This document shows positions 61,671-64,000 of a stretch of 64,000 nucleotides of DNA, piece after piece (the stretch's first letter is position 1; every line of letters begins with the position of its first letter). Under the pieces are notes generated by a model that did not search any database, was not told where the DNA came from, and saw only the letters and a list, made by a program, of their open reading frames with translations. The position numbers were made by a program, and so were the translations under genes. The stretch comes from Marsupella aquatica (taxonomy: Eukaryota > Plantae > Marchantiophyta): the NCBI GenBank assembly GCA_973895155.1, contig OZ316891.1, positions 11,342,671 through 11,406,670 of the forward strand, given 5' to 3'.

Positions 61671-63332
61671 TTAATCTCTCAAATAAACACTATTTTGTGT
61701 CAACAATCTACACTCTTGAAATGTGCGAACCATCCTCAAACTCCAATGGGCACAATCCATTCTTTTGGTAGGATCAGTGGCCATCATGTCACGAATGATA
61801 TTCTCTAATTTTGGACCATACATTCTAGTATTCCAACCCGCCATCAAAAATCGTGTGCTTGGCCCCATTCCATCCCAATTTTCTGTGAGTAAAGTCTCGA
61901 ACAAATTGCCTAGAGCATAGATATCAGTTGCTTCACTATACTCTGTTGGGTCAGGTCCAACAAGCTCTGGTGCCAATTGAGGGTATTGTCTTCGATAGGC
62001 AATAACTTTCTCACTTGGGGTGGACCACATTCGATTCTCTGGTAATGTACATTGTGTTTTGTGCCTGGATAACCCAAAATCACAAATTCCTACATACACT
62101 CTGATAGCAACATCATCCTCGTGATCAAAGTGAAGTAAAATATTTCCAAAGTGAAGATCACAATGTAGTTGATCGTGCTTGTGGAGAAACTGTAAGGTCT
62201 CCAACAAAGCCAAAGCAATCCCCAAGCGATGCTCCAAAAATATTTTCTTCTCGGATATGAATCTCACATCAACCTGCACATTCCCTTGTGACTTCCCCTT
62301 GCTTTTACCCCATTTTCCACACTTATCCATGAAGCTTCCCAAGTCACCTCCATTGTAAAAATCATAGATAAGTTTGGGTGGAAATTCGATGGTCATTGCC
62401 AAGGCCCCAATAACTCCCTTATGATTCAAACCCCCCATTAGCACTTCTTGTAACGCATCTTTTATCCTCTTGTGCCGATCTCCATCTTTGAATCTTTTTG
62501 CCACTAGCTTCACATTTCGAGGAATGAGTGGGCAATCCAAGATATGGCACAAGAACACCTGCCCTTGGCTGCCACTCCCAATGCGATGTAAATTCTTCAC
62601 TTGTTCCATCCTCAAAAAGTGAATACTCCTTACTGCTGGAACAACACGTGATGGTCTTGTACCTCTTTGGTGCCCTTCAACACTAAGCTCCCCAAATTGC
62701 ACGACCTTATTCGCATATTTGACATTACTTTCTGTTCTGGCCATTCCTAACTCATTGCTCCATTTTAGACACAATTCTCTTTTGTGTCTATGGAGGGCAG
62801 GATTTCCAAGGAATATGGACTCAGCCCCCCCCAAATTGGCTACCAACTTGTCCCACAGGTTCACAGCCAAGTTCAGTGCCAATTGCTCAACAAATCCTTG
62901 AGGCTTCTCAGCCTCGCGTTGAAATTGCTGAATTTGTTCTCGTGTCATGTCCTCTTCCTTCTCTACGGTTTGGCGCATGCAACGCACCATGTCATTTTGA
63001 AAGTTTTTGTATCCCTGTTCTCCATGTAAGGTATACTTCCTTTCAAACCTATCATGCTCATACTGTTCCGGTTGGGTGTAGGGATATACTATATCCTTCC
63101 AAATGGCCAGTAACACATTTTGTCGATGGATGATGTCGATGGTTGTTTGAGCAGCCCCTCCTCTTTGTTTTTGCTTCCCTACTATTTTGGCTTTTCTACT
63201 AAACCCTAAGATTTTGTGCGCATTCCTCAAGGCATTCAGGGCATTCGCATCTGGTTCCAATCCATCGCTCAACATGGTACTCATCACCTCCATCAACTGC
63301 CTATATTCTACACCTACATCCGGGTTGGCCAT
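61671..63332 (-). CDS. Protein kinase (ePK fold, TKL-like) with ~250-aa unknown N-terminal region
   Basis: IGSGSQGQVF (Gly loop), VAKRF (Lys), LQEVL (alphaC Glu), YNGGDL, HCDLHFGNILL, ICDFGLSR, LAPELV, TDIYALG, DPTKR. Uninterrupted and intronless; ATG at 63332. Confidence 0.92.
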   Translation of the reverse strand: MANPDVGVEYRQLMEVMSTMLSDGLEPDANALNALRNAHKILGFSRKAKIVGKQKQRGGAAQTTIDIIHRQNVLLAIWKDIVYPYTQPEQYEHDRFERKYTLHGEQGYKNFQNDMVRCMRQTVEKEEDMTREQIQQFQREAEKPQGFVEQLALNLAVNLWDKLVANLGGAESIFLGNPALHRHKRELCLKWSNELGMARTESNVKYANKVVQFGELSVEGHQRGTRPSRVVPAVRSIHFLRMEQVKNLHRIGSGSQGQVFLCHILDCPLIPRNVKLVAKRFKDGDRHKRIKDALQEVLMGGLNHKGVIGALAMTIEFPPKLIYDFYNGGDLGSFMDKCGKWGKSKGKSQGNVQVDVRFISEKKIFLEHRLGIALALLETLQFLHKHDQLHCDLHFGNILLHFDHEDDVAIRVYVGICDFGLSRHKTQCTLPENRMWSTPSEKVIAYRRQYPQLAPELVGPDPTEYSEATDIYALGNLFETLLTENWDGMGPSTRFLMAGWNTRMYGPKLENIIRDMMATDPTKRMDCAHWSLRMVRTFQECRLLTQNSVYLRD

Positions 63333-63572
63333 GTTCGCGCGACACCAGAACAAAGAGTATCAAAAGGAGTAGAAACTTACGATGCGTATTGGCTGGGAGG
63401 CGAGGTACTGATGCAGTGTGTACAACCAAGCTGCAATAGGAACTCCTGGAAAATCATGCGTGGTACACCTTGTCACGGGAGGGTCACGGGATAGTCACGA
63501 GATATATTTGTTTTTTTTCATTCATTATTATTATTGTGAATGTAACAACTGCAAAGGGGAAAGATAACTCTT

Positions 63573-63900
63573 GTGAAATACCCCACGCCGAGCCGAGGCT
63601 CCAAGCATGGGCACAAATGATATCCTATCCTTTCAATTATTAACATTCCTGCTTCAAATCTATGTGATAACTATAGTTTAGATACCATTTGTGAGGGAAG
63701 TGAAATCGTTCACGAGGAGTCGTAATATCCATGCAAAATATCACACGCCGAGCCGAAGCTCCAGGCAAGCGTACATGAATGTCTCTATCCTCGTAAACTT
63801 TCCACTAATCCCACAAATGATACTAAACTATTAAGGCGGTATTAGATTTTCCCATACGAAATACCACACACCGAGCCGGGGCTCCAAGCATGCGCGCATG
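63573..63900 (-). repeat. Right long subterminal inverted-repeat block
   Basis: AAATAYCMCACRCCGAGCCGRRGCTCCARGCA units at 63573, ~63733, ~63857; reverse complement of 55860-56190 with the same spacing. Confidence 0.9.
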
Positions 63901-64000
63901 AGAAACTCATAATACCCCTCCAAATTAAACTAAACACTAACTTATAATGACCATACATAAAGCAAAGACACAAAGCAAAAAATAAGTAAACCATGCAAAG

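Larger units (their letters stand above)
55310..64000 (+). mobile_element. Large cargo-carrying hAT DNA transposon (right end outside window)
   Basis: hAT transposase ORF plus mirrored subterminal blocks 55860-56190 / 63573-63900 enclosing two extra genes. Left terminus near 55310 is inferred from the onset of TTGTCG motifs and the GC array; TIR/TSD cannot be verified. Confidence 0.85.

Overview
Eukaryotic nuclear DNA: spliceosomal introns, plant-type RRP8 and BABAM1 genes, plant TE families. A KIAA1328/hinderin-like gene suggests a land plant with flagellated sperm, e.g. a bryophyte (inference). Host genes: an intronless double Myb/SANT (trihelix-like) gene at 4584-7250 with a frameshifted tandem paralog upstream, a multi-exon coiled-coil gene (10902-18825), a KIAA1328-like gene (19702-25370, minus), RRP8 (44864-45847) and BABAM1/MERIT40 (52592-53389). 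The middle of the window is TE-rich: a full-length decayed PIF/Harbinger element, a non-autonomous MULE with a nested tRNA-derived SINE, MITEs and LTR fragments. The most notable object is a >8.6 kb hAT transposon (~55310 to beyond 64000) bounded by ~330-bp mirrored subterminal repeats. Besides its transposase it carries two cargo genes: an intact protein kinase with an unusual HCDLHFGN catalytic loop, and a cryptic coiled-coil + RING-H2 E3-ligase gene visible only by reading through in-frame stops. All calls are by eye from motifs; no database searches were run.
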